A DNA stretch of 55,963 nucleotides from Streptosporangiaceae bacterium (GCA_050698735.1 JBOHCG010000001.1:1-55963), one strand, 5' to 3'; shown: positions 19,715 to 29,090, counted from the first letter of the stretch. The notes: generated by a model not told the origin, from the letters alone. Numbers and translations: made by a program.

Positions 19715-20519
19715 GCTTGTGCTGGGCACCACGAAGGCGGTCCTTGGCATGATTCATCTCCGCCCGCTGCCCGGCACGCCGTTTTACGAGAACGAGAGCT
19801 TCCCGCGGATTCTCGACGAGGCAGTGCTCTCGGCGCGCGCGCTCTACGAGGGCAGGGCAGCGGGCTGCCTGGTGCAGACGGTTGACCGCGTCTACCAGGT
19901 AGATGACGACTCCGACCCGGCTCGCACGGTTGCGGTGGGCCTCATCGTCCGGGCCATCGTCGAGGCCACGAGCACGGAGTTCCATGTCGGCGTGCAGCTG
20001 ATGCACAACGCGGTGAAAGCGTCGCTGGCCGTCGCCAAGGTGGCCGGCGGCTCGTTCGTCCGCGCCAGCGCCCTGGTCGGCATGACTCTCACCCCGCACG
20101 GCCTGGTGCACGCCGCTCCGATGGAGGTGATGCAGTACCGGGAGAGGATCGGCGCGAGCCGCATTCGCGTTCTGGCCGACGTCAGCTCGATGCACTTCAG
20201 CTGGTTCGGCGGGGGCGCGGGACCCGAGGACGTGGCCCGTGGCGCCAGGCTGGTCGGTGCGGACGCGGTAGTCGTGGCGCACCGTGAGGAGGACCGGGCG
20301 CTCGCGATGGTGGCCGCCGTCCGCGCTGCCGTACCCGACATGCCGGTCATCTTGGGCGGTTACACGAGCCACGAGAACGCGGCACGGCTGCTGGCAGCGG
20401 TCGACGGCGCGTTTGTCGGCACCTGCCTGGAACGAGGCGGGTGGGGCGGGCAGATCGACGTGGACCGGGTCAAAGCGTACATGGACCTGGTACACGGGCT
20501 CGGGCCGAGGGAACCTTAG
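19707..20519 (+). CDS. BtpA/SgcQ family TIM-barrel protein
   Basis: The N-terminal AVLGMIHLRPLPGTPFY and the overall pattern match the BtpA/SgcQ family as I remember it. The GTG start overlaps the aminotransferase stop. Confidence 0.65.
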   Translation: MGELVLGTTKAVLGMIHLRPLPGTPFYENESFPRILDEAVLSARALYEGRAAGCLVQTVDRVYQVDDDSDPARTVAVGLIVRAIVEATSTEFHVGVQLMHNAVKASLAVAKVAGGSFVRASALVGMTLTPHGLVHAAPMEVMQYRERIGASRIRVLADVSSMHFSWFGGGAGPEDVARGARLVGADAVVVAHREEDRALAMVAAVRAAVPDMPVILGGYTSHENAARLLAAVDGAFVGTCLERGGWGGQIDVDRVKAYMDLVHGLGPREP

Positions 20520-20534
20520 ATGGGCGCAACCTGC

Positions 20535-21572
20535 TCAGCAGATCGTGAACTCGTGTACTGTGCGCCGGCGGTAAACCTCTCCCGGATCGAGCCGGCACGG
20601 CGGGTAGTCGGGCCGGTTCGGTGCGTCCGGCCACCCGCTGGCTTGCAGGCACAAGCCCGTCCGAGGTGGGTCCAGCCGGTCGCCGGAGTACACACCGAGC
20701 CCGCGCTGATCGGTAAGGATCCGCATCGTGCGGCCGCTGGTCGGCTCGTGCAGCTCCGCCGCCCAGGCCGGGTCATCGAGCACGAAGAAGTCGTCGAGCC
20801 TGTCGTCGCCGACGGGCCGGGAGACGCGGTAGTCGAGACGGCCGCCTCCGACGGCCACCGGCGGTCCCGGCAAGGGGATCAGCTCCGCGTCGAGCGGAAT
20901 GCGGCGGCTGGCGTTGACGGCGAGCAGGTGATTCGCGATGCTCCCGCCGCCTGCCAGGTTCCAGAACGCGTGGCTGGTCAGGCCGAGGATGGTACTGGCC
21001 GTGGTGACGGCGCGGTACTCCAGGGCCAGCCGCAGGTCCGGGGAGGCAGTATACGTCACCTCCGCGGTCACCGCTCCCGGGTAGCCTTGGTCGCCGTCGG
21101 GGCGCGTCAGGCGCAACCGGACCGCCAGCGCGTCCGCCACGTGGCTCGCCTCCGCCGCCCAGACGAAACGATCGAAGCCGACCGACCCGCCATGTATGTG
21201 ATGCGGCCCGTCGTTGCGGTCAAGAACATGATCCACGCCGCCCAGCCGGAACCGGCCGCCGGACACACAGCGGCAGAACCGGCCAAGCACCGCGCCGAGG
21301 TAGGGATTGCGCTCGCGGTCCTGGTAGCTGGCCAGGTCGGTCAGCCGCCTAGTGACGTTCGCAGCCCTCCCGGCGCGGTCTGGGACGCACACCTCTACCA
21401 GGGTCGCGCCGTACGTCCACACGGTGACGGCCAGGCCGGCCCCGGTGTCCAGGGTGTACGCGCTGACCTCGGCGGGAGGCTGGGCGGCATGCCCCGCGGT
21501 GTTGCCAACGACCTCACGGCGGATCTCCATCACGGTCCCTCGCACCGGCCCGAGCGCAACGTTCTGTTCCAT
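20535..21572 (-). CDS. Aldose 1-epimerase (galactose mutarotase family)
   Basis: NPYLGAVLGRF..R...GRF...G....L..N.G.HHIHGG..GFD...W and TSHAFWNL are mutarotase hallmarks. ATG at 21572 lies within the longer ORF 20535-22088. Confidence 0.8.
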   Translation of the reverse strand: MEQNVALGPVRGTVMEIRREVVGNTAGHAAQPPAEVSAYTLDTGAGLAVTVWTYGATLVEVCVPDRAGRAANVTRRLTDLASYQDRERNPYLGAVLGRFCRCVSGGRFRLGGVDHVLDRNDGPHHIHGGSVGFDRFVWAAEASHVADALAVRLRLTRPDGDQGYPGAVTAEVTYTASPDLRLALEYRAVTTASTILGLTSHAFWNLAGGGSIANHLLAVNASRRIPLDAELIPLPGPPVAVGGGRLDYRVSRPVGDDRLDDFFVLDDPAWAAELHEPTSGRTMRILTDQRGLGVYSGDRLDPPRTGLCLQASGWPDAPNRPDYPPCRLDPGEVYRRRTVHEFTIC

Positions 21573-21605
21573 GCTAGTCACCGGGCGCGGGGGACTCGCT
21601 GAGCC

Positions 21606-22559
21606 ATGCAGATCCACGGGCACGCAATCAGAGTCGGCATCCACTCTGGGCAGCAATACGCGGAGTTCGGCGACCTGCTCGGACTGTGGCACCGAGCGGA
21701 GCAGCTCGGGTACGACTGGGTGTCCGTCTTCGACCACTTCCGTCCGCCGCTTGGCGGTCCCGAGGGCCCCTGCCTGGAGGGCACAACGGCGCTCGCCGCG
21801 CGGACCACGCGGGTCCGCTGCGCGATGCTCGTGTCCTCGGTAGCCTGGCGGCATCCCGCGGTGCTCGCCGCGATCGCCGCGACGATCGACCACATCTCCG
21901 GCGGGCGGGCAGAGTTCGGCCTGGGTGCGGGCGGGGCGGACCTGGGTTACCAGCAGTATGGCATCCCGTTCCCGCGCCGCGATGTACGGCTGGGCATGCT
22001 GGAGGAGGCGTGCCAGGTCGTGCGCAGTCTGTGGGCCGGCAAGCCGACGAACTTCGACGGCGCGCACTTCCGGCTGGTCAGCGCCCACCTGTCGCCACGG
22101 CCGCTACAGGCGCGGCTTCCCCTCATCGTAGGCGCCGAGGACGAGCGGCGCACGCTGCGCATCGTCGCGCGCCACGCCGACATCTGGAATGTGCTGGTCT
22201 GCGACCCGGTTACCTATCGCCGCAAGCTTGGCGCCCTGGCCAACCACTGCGCGGCCGTCGGCCGAGATCCCGCCGACATACGCAAGTCCATGACGTTCCG
22301 CGCGGTGCTCGAGGAGGACGAGCGCTCCGCGCTTCGCCGCGCGGAATCCCTCCGCCGCACGGCTTCGGCCGCGGGCGCGGTGTGGGCGGAGTACCTCGTG
22401 GCGGGCACGCCGGAGCAGTGCGCGTCCCGCCTGCGGCCCTACTTGGAACTGGGCGTCCGGGACTTCGTCCTCGGGATACGCCCACCAGTCGACTGGACCA
22501 CGATGGAGCTGTTCGCCCGGCAGGTCGCGCCGGCCCTGCGCACACACGCGGGGAAGTGA
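21606..22559 (+). CDS. LLM-class F420-dependent oxidoreductase (luciferase-like)
   Basis: IRVGIHSGQQYAEFGDLLGLWHRAEQLGYDWVSVFDHF...ISGGRAEFGLGAG is typical of luciferase-like F420 enzymes. Confidence 0.8.
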   Translation: MQIHGHAIRVGIHSGQQYAEFGDLLGLWHRAEQLGYDWVSVFDHFRPPLGGPEGPCLEGTTALAARTTRVRCAMLVSSVAWRHPAVLAAIAATIDHISGGRAEFGLGAGGADLGYQQYGIPFPRRDVRLGMLEEACQVVRSLWAGKPTNFDGAHFRLVSAHLSPRPLQARLPLIVGAEDERRTLRIVARHADIWNVLVCDPVTYRRKLGALANHCAAVGRDPADIRKSMTFRAVLEEDERSALRRAESLRRTASAAGAVWAEYLVAGTPEQCASRLRPYLELGVRDFVLGIRPPVDWTTMELFARQVAPALRTHAGK

Positions 22560-22594
22560 CCCGCCTGTCGGCGAACCCGGGGAAGGAGCGGCGC

Positions 22595-23461
22595 ATGAGG
22601 GCGATCGACGGGGTCTTCCGCGAGCAGCCCACGGACGCGCACGTCCGCTGCAGGCACCACCTGCTGGCCGGCGGGGCACCCCTGTCGCCGCCGCCGGTCG
22701 AGCCGATCACGGCGTGCTCGGGCGAGTTTCCCGGCACGGGCGCAGCGACGGTGCTGGAAGAGCTGGATCGGCGCGGACTGGCGGTGGTGCGGCTGGACGA
22801 GCCGCTGCCCGACGACCGGTTCGTGGCGTTCGGATCGATGCTGGGGACCCCACTACCCGAGACCGACCCGGGCGTCCAGCCGTTCGTGCGGGACAGCATC
22901 GTCTTCAACCTGATGAGCCGGTACAACGAGACCGAGGACACGAACCTGCAACCGTTCGCCACGAACTACCTGACCCTGCACAGCGAAGGCAGCGGTCGGC
23001 CGGTGAACGAGCAGCCGCGGTTCATCGTACTGATGTGCTGCGAGCCCGGCGCGGCCGCGTCGGCGCACACCGTGCTGGTCTCGATGGCCGACGTCGCCGA
23101 GGACCTTGGCGCCTGGACGCGGCAGGTGCTGGTGAATGCCCGCTACCGCCGCAGCCGGCAAGGACCCCCCATCTGCAGGGGTCGCGACGGCCGGGTGGTT
23201 TTCTCGTTCCGCGACTTCGCAGGCAGCGCCCTGGAGTGGACGTACACCGGTGAACGGTCGGCCCACGAGGTCAACGACGCCATCCGGTCCCTGCTGTCGG
23301 CCATGTACCAGCCGAATCTGGCGGTGGGCGTGCGGTGGGAGCGCGGTATGCTCGTCATCATCGACAATACGTACTTCTTTCACGGCCGGACGGCGGGGAC
23401 GGCCGCCACGGCGACCGCGGCCCGGCACCTGAAGCGGATGCGTATCCTCGGGCAGGATTGA
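22595..23461 (+). CDS. TauD/TfdA-family Fe(II)/2-oxoglutarate dioxygenase
   Basis: ATG at 22595 after GGAAGGAG. LTLHSEGS (HxE facial triad) and a distal NTYFFHGR (His+Arg). Only the last third of ORF 21686-23461 is coding. Confidence 0.75.
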   Translation: MRAIDGVFREQPTDAHVRCRHHLLAGGAPLSPPPVEPITACSGEFPGTGAATVLEELDRRGLAVVRLDEPLPDDRFVAFGSMLGTPLPETDPGVQPFVRDSIVFNLMSRYNETEDTNLQPFATNYLTLHSEGSGRPVNEQPRFIVLMCCEPGAAASAHTVLVSMADVAEDLGAWTRQVLVNARYRRSRQGPPICRGRDGRVVFSFRDFAGSALEWTYTGERSAHEVNDAIRSLLSAMYQPNLAVGVRWERGMLVIIDNTYFFHGRTAGTAATATAARHLKRMRILGQD

Positions 23462-23506
23462 GGTCGGTGCGCACCGCTCCCGGACGTGCACGGCAGAAGG
23501 AAGGAA

Positions 23507-24148
23507 ATGCGCCTTTACCTCTCCTCGTTCAGGCTAGGCAACGACACCAAGACGCTGCTCAAACTGCTAGGCGGCCGGACCCGCGCGGCCGTCATCACCA
23601 ACGCCGACGACTACAAGACCGGGTCCGACCGGCTGGCGTCGTTCGAGCGCGAACGCGGTGACCTCGGGAGCCTATGCCTTGCTCCGGTCGAGCTGGACCT
23701 GCGGAACTTCTTCGGCAAAGGCCAGCAACTGCGGCGGCACCTGGAGCGGTCCGACCTAGTCTGGGTGCGGGGCGGCAACCCGTTCATCTTGCGTCGGGCG
23801 ATGCGGGCAAGCGGCGCTGACACGGCGATCCTCGACCTGCTGGCCGCCGACGAGATTGTCTACGGGGGGTACAGCGCCGGCTCGTGCATGATGACGCCGT
23901 CGCTGCGCGGCATCGAACTCGTGGACGACCCGAACGACGTGCCAGAGGGCTACGACCCGGAGGTCATCTGGGACGCACTCGGCATCCTGCCGTACCACCT
24001 GCTTCCGCACTTCAGGTCCGACCACCCGGAGTCGCCGTTGATCGACAAGAGCCTTGAGTACATGATCGGCCACCACCTCCCATTCATCGCGTTGCGCGAC
24101 GGGCAGGCGCTTGTCCGCGACGGTGCGGACGAATTCGTCGCCGGGTGA
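23507..24148 (+). CDS. Peptidase S51 family (dipeptidase E / cyanophycinase-like)
   Basis: MRLYLSS..., VRGGNPF and YGGYSAGSCM (nucleophile-Ser motif), ...HLLPHF. RBS GAAGGAAGGA. Confidence 0.7.
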   Translation: MRLYLSSFRLGNDTKTLLKLLGGRTRAAVITNADDYKTGSDRLASFERERGDLGSLCLAPVELDLRNFFGKGQQLRRHLERSDLVWVRGGNPFILRRAMRASGADTAILDLLAADEIVYGGYSAGSCMMTPSLRGIELVDDPNDVPEGYDPEVIWDALGILPYHLLPHFRSDHPESPLIDKSLEYMIGHHLPFIALRDGQALVRDGADEFVAG

Positions 24149-24157
24149 GGCTGGGTC

Positions 24158-24718
24158 GTGATGGCAGGGCCGGACTTGTCGTGGCGCGTCGGCACGGACG
24201 CAGAGGCCGTGCACGCGCTGCTGCGCGCCTCTGACGAGCACCACGCCGCCTTGTACGGTCTCCCGGTGCCGAACAGGCGGCCGGAACGGACCCGGCAGCT
24301 GGTGCAGACCGGTGCGGTCCAGGTCCTGCAGGACGGGACCGAGATCGTGGCCATGTTCACGCTCACCGAGGGACCGCCCTACGACCAGGAACTGTCCGTC
24401 TTCCCAAGCGCGCGGCAGCCGCTGTACCTGCAGCGGCTCGCGGTTCAGCCGCGGTCGCTTGCGAGCGTCCCGCTGCTGGGGATCCGGTGCCTGCGCCGTG
24501 CCGTCCAGGTGGCGAGGAGCCGTCGCGCGGACGTGCTGCGGGCCGAGGCCAACCCCGACCTGACCGCTCAGGCCGACCTGCTGGCGACGTTCGGCTTCGC
24601 GCAATGCGGCCCGGTTCAGTCGGCGAACGGGCTGCGCCGCGTCTACTTGCAGAAAGTTCTCGCAGCGCAGTCGGGAACTGCGACGGTCGCGCACAGCTCG
24701 CCAGCCCCGTCGCCGTGA
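24158..24718 (+). CDS. GNAT-family N-acetyltransferase (probable)
   Basis: LYLQRLAVQP......G......A....R.....LR.EANPD...LLATFGF resembles the GNAT motif A/B region. Confidence 0.5.
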   Translation: MMAGPDLSWRVGTDAEAVHALLRASDEHHAALYGLPVPNRRPERTRQLVQTGAVQVLQDGTEIVAMFTLTEGPPYDQELSVFPSARQPLYLQRLAVQPRSLASVPLLGIRCLRRAVQVARSRRADVLRAEANPDLTAQADLLATFGFAQCGPVQSANGLRRVYLQKVLAAQSGTATVAHSSPAPSP

Positions 24719-24747
24719 CGGCGCTGGCCTAGCGGGGTGGAGGCGAC

Positions 24748-25854
24748 GTGGTGGAACCGGTAGCGCCGGACGTCATGGTCCGCCAGGTGGACACGCTCGC
24801 CTCCGACTTGCGCGCCCTCGCCGCTCCGGTGACCGAGCAAGTCCGGGCCGCGCTGCGCGGTCCGCCGTGGTCAGCGGTCCGCCAGGTGTACCTCACCGGA
24901 GCCGGCGACTCACACTATGCGAGCCGGTCCGTGGAGATGGCCTTCGAGACGGTCGCTGGGGTCGCGTGCCGGGCCATCAGCGCGCAGTTCTTCAACGATT
25001 ACGCCGCGCTCTCGCTGCGGCTCAGGCAGGGGCCGGCGGTGGTGATCGCCGCCTCTGCCTCCGGACGGACGCCGGAGGCAGTCGCGGCGCTTCGCACGGC
25101 GCGGGAGCAGGGTGCCGCGACCGTGGCCGTCACCTGCCGGCCGGACAGCCCGCTGACCATGGAGGCGGGGCACAGCGTGGTGGCCGAACTCGCCGACCTC
25201 GAGCGCTCGCCCGGCATCCGGACCTACCAGGCGACGCTGCTCGGTCTGCTGACAACCGCGGTCGAGTTGGCCGCGCTGCGCGGGACCGGGGCCGTGGGCA
25301 GGCAAGCGCCGGGAGGGAGGCTCGGCTGGCTAGCCGACCACGTGGCAGAGACCGCGCTGACGGTCAAGGAGCGCTGCGTAGAGGTCGCCGAGGCGATCGC
25401 CGCGGCACCGACGATGGCGATGCTCGGCAGCGGGCCGAGCCTGGGCGCGGCGATGTTCGGCGCGGCGAAGATGGCCGAGGCGGCCGGCGTCCCGGTGCTG
25501 GCACAGGACCTCGACGAGTGGTGGCACGTCGAACGACGTGTCGCGCCAGCCGACATGCCGCTGTTCGTCATCGCCCCGCCTGGGCAGTCGCATGTCCGGG
25601 CCAGCTACGTCGCTGCGGCCGGGCGTCGGCTCGGGCGGAGGGTGATCGCGGTGGTGGACGAGCGCGACGAAGGCGTCACGCGGCATGCGGACGCGGTGCT
25701 GCCCGTCCCGGCACGAGTGCGGGAGGAGTTCTCTCCCGTGCTCTACCACCTGTTCGCCGGCTACCTCGCGGCGTTCGTGGCGCGGCGGCGAGGGCGGCTC
25801 GCCTTCGAAGGCGACCCGCCCGATCTGCCGGGAACCCTGGAGCAGTTTGGCTGA
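24748..25854 (+). CDS. Double-SIS-domain protein (GlmS isomerase-domain / FrlB / AgaS-like)
   Basis: VYLTGAGDSHYAS...VVIAASASGRTPEAVAALRTAREQGAATVAVTC plus a second SIS repeat (MAMLGSGPSLGAAMFGAAKMAEAAG). There is no glutaminase domain. Confidence 0.8.
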   Translation: MVEPVAPDVMVRQVDTLASDLRALAAPVTEQVRAALRGPPWSAVRQVYLTGAGDSHYASRSVEMAFETVAGVACRAISAQFFNDYAALSLRLRQGPAVVIAASASGRTPEAVAALRTAREQGAATVAVTCRPDSPLTMEAGHSVVAELADLERSPGIRTYQATLLGLLTTAVELAALRGTGAVGRQAPGGRLGWLADHVAETALTVKERCVEVAEAIAAAPTMAMLGSGPSLGAAMFGAAKMAEAAGVPVLAQDLDEWWHVERRVAPADMPLFVIAPPGQSHVRASYVAAAGRRLGRRVIAVVDERDEGVTRHADAVLPVPARVREEFSPVLYHLFAGYLAAFVARRRGRLAFEGDPPDLPGTLEQFG

Positions 25855-25864
25855 GGAGGCAAAC

Positions 25865-26158
25865 ATGGACGCCAAGTCACCCGGCGAGGGCGGATCGGAC
25901 GTACTGGCCGGAACGCTGGCTCAGGTGCTGCGCCGTCACCTGCCCGCGGAGTCGGCTGCGGTGCCCGTCGATCCGCAGGTGGATCTCGGCGCGCTCGGAC
26001 TCGGCTCGGTAGAACTAGCCGTGCTCATCGTCGATCTGGAGGGGACGTTCGGGGTGGAGTTCCCCGAGCACATGCTCGTCCCCGAGACGTTCCGCACGGC
26101 CGGGACGGTCGTCGGCGCGATCGCGGCGCTAACGGGCCAACAGGGGCCTGGGGGCTAG
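25865..26158 (+). CDS. Free-standing acyl/peptidyl carrier protein
   Basis: 97 aa. RBS GAGGAGG. Phosphopantetheine-site-like LGALGLGSVELAVLIVDLE. Confidence 0.6.
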   Translation: MDAKSPGEGGSDVLAGTLAQVLRRHLPAESAAVPVDPQVDLGALGLGSVELAVLIVDLEGTFGVEFPEHMLVPETFRTAGTVVGAIAALTGQQGPGG

Positions 26159-26358
26159 CCGGCGGGCTGGTCGCCGTTTCGCGCCAGGTGGTCGGCGAGG
26201 CGGATCGCGAGCGCAACGATCGTGAAGGTCGGGTTGGCGAAGCCGCTCGTCGGGAACACCGAACTGCCCGCGATGAACAGGTTCTCCGTGCCGTGCACCC
26301 GGCAGTCGGGGTCGACTACCCCGTGGGCCGGGTCCGCGTGCATCCGGGTGGTTCCCAT
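26155..26358 (-). pseudogene. C-terminal fragment of a GMC-family FAD oxidoreductase
   Basis: MGTTRMHADPAHGVVDPDCRVHGTENLFIAGSSVFPTSGFANPTFTIVALAIRLADHL is the GMC_oxred_C signature. About 450 upstream codons are missing, and the homology stops at 26358. Confidence 0.7.
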
Positions 26359-26367
26359 GTCAGGTGA

Positions 26368-26865
26368 GCGTCAACAATCCTGGACCAGCTCGCCGCCCAC
26401 GGTGAGCAGATCACCCAGCTCGGCACCCGGCTCGACATCCTGGACCGGCACCTCGCCGGCCTGGCCGCCCACCTCACAGATGACGTCGACGCCTCCGGCC
26501 GCTACCGCCCCGATCCGGCTCCGGCCTGGTGGAAACTCGCGCCCGCCGGCCGCGCCGACCCTATCTCCCGGCTGCGCGGCTGGGTCGACCAGGTCTACAG
26601 GCCCGGCTACGGCCACCTCGCCGCCGCCCTCGCCCCCTGCTGGCAGGCCCACGACCTGTGCCTGTACGGCCTGGACATCCTCGCCGAACTGTGGTCCGTG
26701 CTCTACCTCCAGCCCGACCGCAGCCCCGGCCTGCTTTCCGCCCAGGCCGAATATCAGGCCCGCATCCTGCCGGCGCTGGCCGCCCAGCTGATCACCGAGA
26801 CCACCAGCTGCGGCCACCCCCGCCACCACCTCCACGGCCACGGCCCGGCCAGGAGCGCGTCATGA
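26368..26865 (+). pseudogene. 5'-truncated paralog of 1858-2451
   Basis: The frame opens right after a TGA at 26365-26367 and has no start codon until about 26698. It aligns from ILDQLAA... onward, so about 13 N-terminal codons and everything upstream (including the coupling protein) are absent. Confidence 0.6.
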
Positions 26866-27665
26866 CCAGCGCCACCCTCCGCCACGCGCTCGCCTACGCC
26901 CGCACCGGCTGGCCCGTCTTCCCCTGCCTGCCCGGCCAGAAAATCCCCGCCACCCCGCACGGCTACCTCGACGCCACCACCGACGAGCAGAAGATCACCG
27001 CCTGGTTCAGCCGAGAAGCCGGCTGGAACCTGGCCATCGCCACCGGCGCCCCGGGCCCCGACGTGCTGGACATCGACCAGCACGGCCCGGCCGGGAACGG
27101 CTACGGTGCCTTCGCCCGCCTCCAGGCCGCCCGCCTGGTCAGCGGCGCGGCAGCCTACGTACGGACCCCGGCCGGCGGGATGCACGCCTACTTCACCGGC
27201 TCCGGCCAGCACAACGGCCGCCTCCCCGGCCACCACCTCGACTTCCGCGGCGCAGGCGGCTACGTCCTCGCCCCGCCATCGGTGGTCGGCGGCCGCCCCT
27301 ACCACCTCATCAAACGGCCCGGCGGCCACGGCCACCTGGACTGGGCCGCCGTCACCCGGCTGCTGGCACCCGCCCGCCAACCCGGACGCCCCGCCCTGCT
27401 CCAGGCCCCAGACCAGGCCCTTGAACAGCTGGCCCGGTGGGTCGCCCGGCAGCCCGAAGGCAACCGCAACTCCGGCCTGTTCTGGGCCGCCAACCGCGCG
27501 CTGGACGCAGCCCCCGCCGCCGACCTCAGCCCCCTGACCGCCGCCGCCCGCCAGGCCGGCCTGGAGGAGCCGGAGATCACCCGCACCCTCGACTCCGCCC
27601 GCACGACCCGCCAGCCGCACCCCGGACCGCATCCGCGCCAGGCCGAGGCGGGTGACCCGGCATGA
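26862..27665 (+). CDS. Prim-Pol domain protein (second copy)
   Basis: MTSATLRHALAYARTGWPVFPCLPGQKIPATPHGYLDATTD... is collinear with 2448-3251. Confidence 0.8.
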   Translation: MTSATLRHALAYARTGWPVFPCLPGQKIPATPHGYLDATTDEQKITAWFSREAGWNLAIATGAPGPDVLDIDQHGPAGNGYGAFARLQAARLVSGAAAYVRTPAGGMHAYFTGSGQHNGRLPGHHLDFRGAGGYVLAPPSVVGGRPYHLIKRPGGHGHLDWAAVTRLLAPARQPGRPALLQAPDQALEQLARWVARQPEGNRNSGLFWAANRALDAAPAADLSPLTAAARQAGLEEPEITRTLDSARTTRQPHPGPHPRQAEAGDPA

Positions 27666-28084
27666 ACCCGCACGCCCGCCTCGACGCCGGCGGCACCCGG
27701 CTGCGGCTCCGCGCCCTGCACGTCATGGGCCACGGCTCAGCCCGCATCGCCCGCACCCTCGGCATCCGCGAACTCACCATCCAGCGTCTCGTCACCGGCG
27801 ACGCCGCCACCATCAGCCCGCACCTGCGCGACGCCATCACCGACCTGTACGACGAATGGTGGGACAAACGCGCCCCCGAACGCACCCGCGCCCAGCGCAC
27901 CGCCGCCGCCAGAGCCCGCCGCCGCGCCCAAGTCTGCAACTGGTGCGCCGCCGTCGCCCTCGACGACGACCTGCTCGACACCCCCGGCTACCGGCCCCGC
28001 AGCAACTGGAGACCCGCCACCGGCAACGGCACCGCCCCCGACATCCGCCCGCCCGGTCCCCGTCACTGGGAGAAGGGCGCATGA
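27662..28084 (+). CDS. HTH-like ICE backbone protein, short paralog of 3248-3928
   Basis: GTRLRLRALHVMGHGSARIARTLGIRELTIQRLV...WWDKRAP...NWCAA.ALDDDLLDTPGYRP. It lacks the first ~85 residues of the longer copy. Confidence 0.55.
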   Translation: MNPHARLDAGGTRLRLRALHVMGHGSARIARTLGIRELTIQRLVTGDAATISPHLRDAITDLYDEWWDKRAPERTRAQRTAAARARRRAQVCNWCAAVALDDDLLDTPGYRPRSNWRPATGNGTAPDIRPPGPRHWEKGA

Positions 28085-28266
28085 CCCGGCAGGACGACCG
28101 TCAGCCCGCCGTCCCGGTCGGGCGCAGGCCCCCCGACTACGTGATCGTCGTCGTCGCCAGCCAATGGGTCAAGGACCGGTTCCCCGCCGCCGGAGCCAAC
28201 CTCACTAACGCCCTGCGCACCGGCCACGACCTTCACCCCGACCGCGACCCCGAACCCGAACCATGA
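28081..28266 (+). CDS. Small conserved hypothetical protein, paralog of 3925-4119
   Basis: ATGA coupling. RRPPDYVIVVVASQWVKDRFPAAGANLTNALRTGHD. Confidence 0.45.
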   Translation: MTRQDDRQPAVPVGRRPPDYVIVVVASQWVKDRFPAAGANLTNALRTGHDLHPDRDPEPEP

Positions 28267-28294
28267 CCACCACCCCGACCCGGAAGTAACCGCC

Positions 28295-28666
28295 ATGCCC
28301 GTGACCATCACCGACACCGCCATGACCAGCGACCGCACCGCGCACACCGCCCGCCAGGCACCCGGCCGTGAACACGGCTGGGAGGTGTCCTGGCTGCCCG
28401 GCCAGGTCCTCAACCGCAACGCGGCGATCACCGCGATGATCCTGGCCGACACCGCCGCCGGAGCCGACCTGGACGAAGGCCACCGGCTCTGGCCGCACGT
28501 CCAGGGCTGGGCCGCCGAGCTCGGCCTGACCGGACCCGACGCGATCACCCGGGCCGCCCAGCCGCCCGGCATTCACCAAGCCCGCGAACCGGCTACCCGC
28601 CAGCCCGAGCCGGCCGCCGATCAGGTTCGCGGCACCCTCGGCCCCGGCCGGGAAGCCGAACCATGA
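28295..28666 (+). CDS. Conserved hypothetical protein, paralog of 4141-4476
   Basis: MPVTITDTAMTSDRTAHTARQAPGREHGWEVSWLPGQVLNRNAAITAMILAD. Confidence 0.5.
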   Translation: MPVTITDTAMTSDRTAHTARQAPGREHGWEVSWLPGQVLNRNAAITAMILADTAAGADLDEGHRLWPHVQGWAAELGLTGPDAITRAAQPPGIHQAREPATRQPEPAADQVRGTLGPGREAEP

Positions 28667-28688
28667 CCCCGGCCCAGACCCGGCCGCC

Positions 28689-29024
28689 ATGGCCCTGACC
28701 ATCACCGACACGGCCATCATCAGCGACCAGACCGCCCACACCGCCCGGCCGGCACCCGGCCGCCCGCGCGGATGGCACGTGTCCTGGCTGCCCGGCGAGA
28801 CCCTCGACCGCAACACCGCCACCACCGCGATGATCCTGGCCGACATCGCCGGCACCGGCGACATCCGCCCCGGCGACCGGCTCTGGCCTGTCGTCGAACG
28901 CTGGGCCGCCGACCTCAGCCTGACCGGCTCCGACGCCCTTACCCAAGCCTCACAGCCCTCCAACGACACCGGCCGCAACCCGCGGCAAACCACCTGGCAG
29001 CCAGACCTGGAAGCAGGCGACTGA
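28689..29024 (+). CDS. Conserved hypothetical protein, tandem duplicate of 28295-28666
   Basis: MALTITDTAIISDQTAHTARPAPGRPRGWHVSWLPGETLDRNTATTAMILAD. Confidence 0.5.
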   Translation: MALTITDTAIISDQTAHTARPAPGRPRGWHVSWLPGETLDRNTATTAMILADIAGTGDIRPGDRLWPVVERWAADLSLTGSDALTQASQPSNDTGRNPRQTTWQPDLEAGD

Positions 29025-29090
29025 CCAGCCACGCCCAGCGTCACGACGCCGATCTGACCGCATCACCAGCTAGCCGAGCTCCCGAACCCC

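Noticed and set aside
21686-22594. The N-terminal 300 codons of the 591-aa ORF 21686-23461.
   Set aside because: This part overlaps the LLM oxidoreductase gene in another frame and translates to Arg/Pro-rich nonsense. The TauD homology, an RBS and an ATG begin at 22595.
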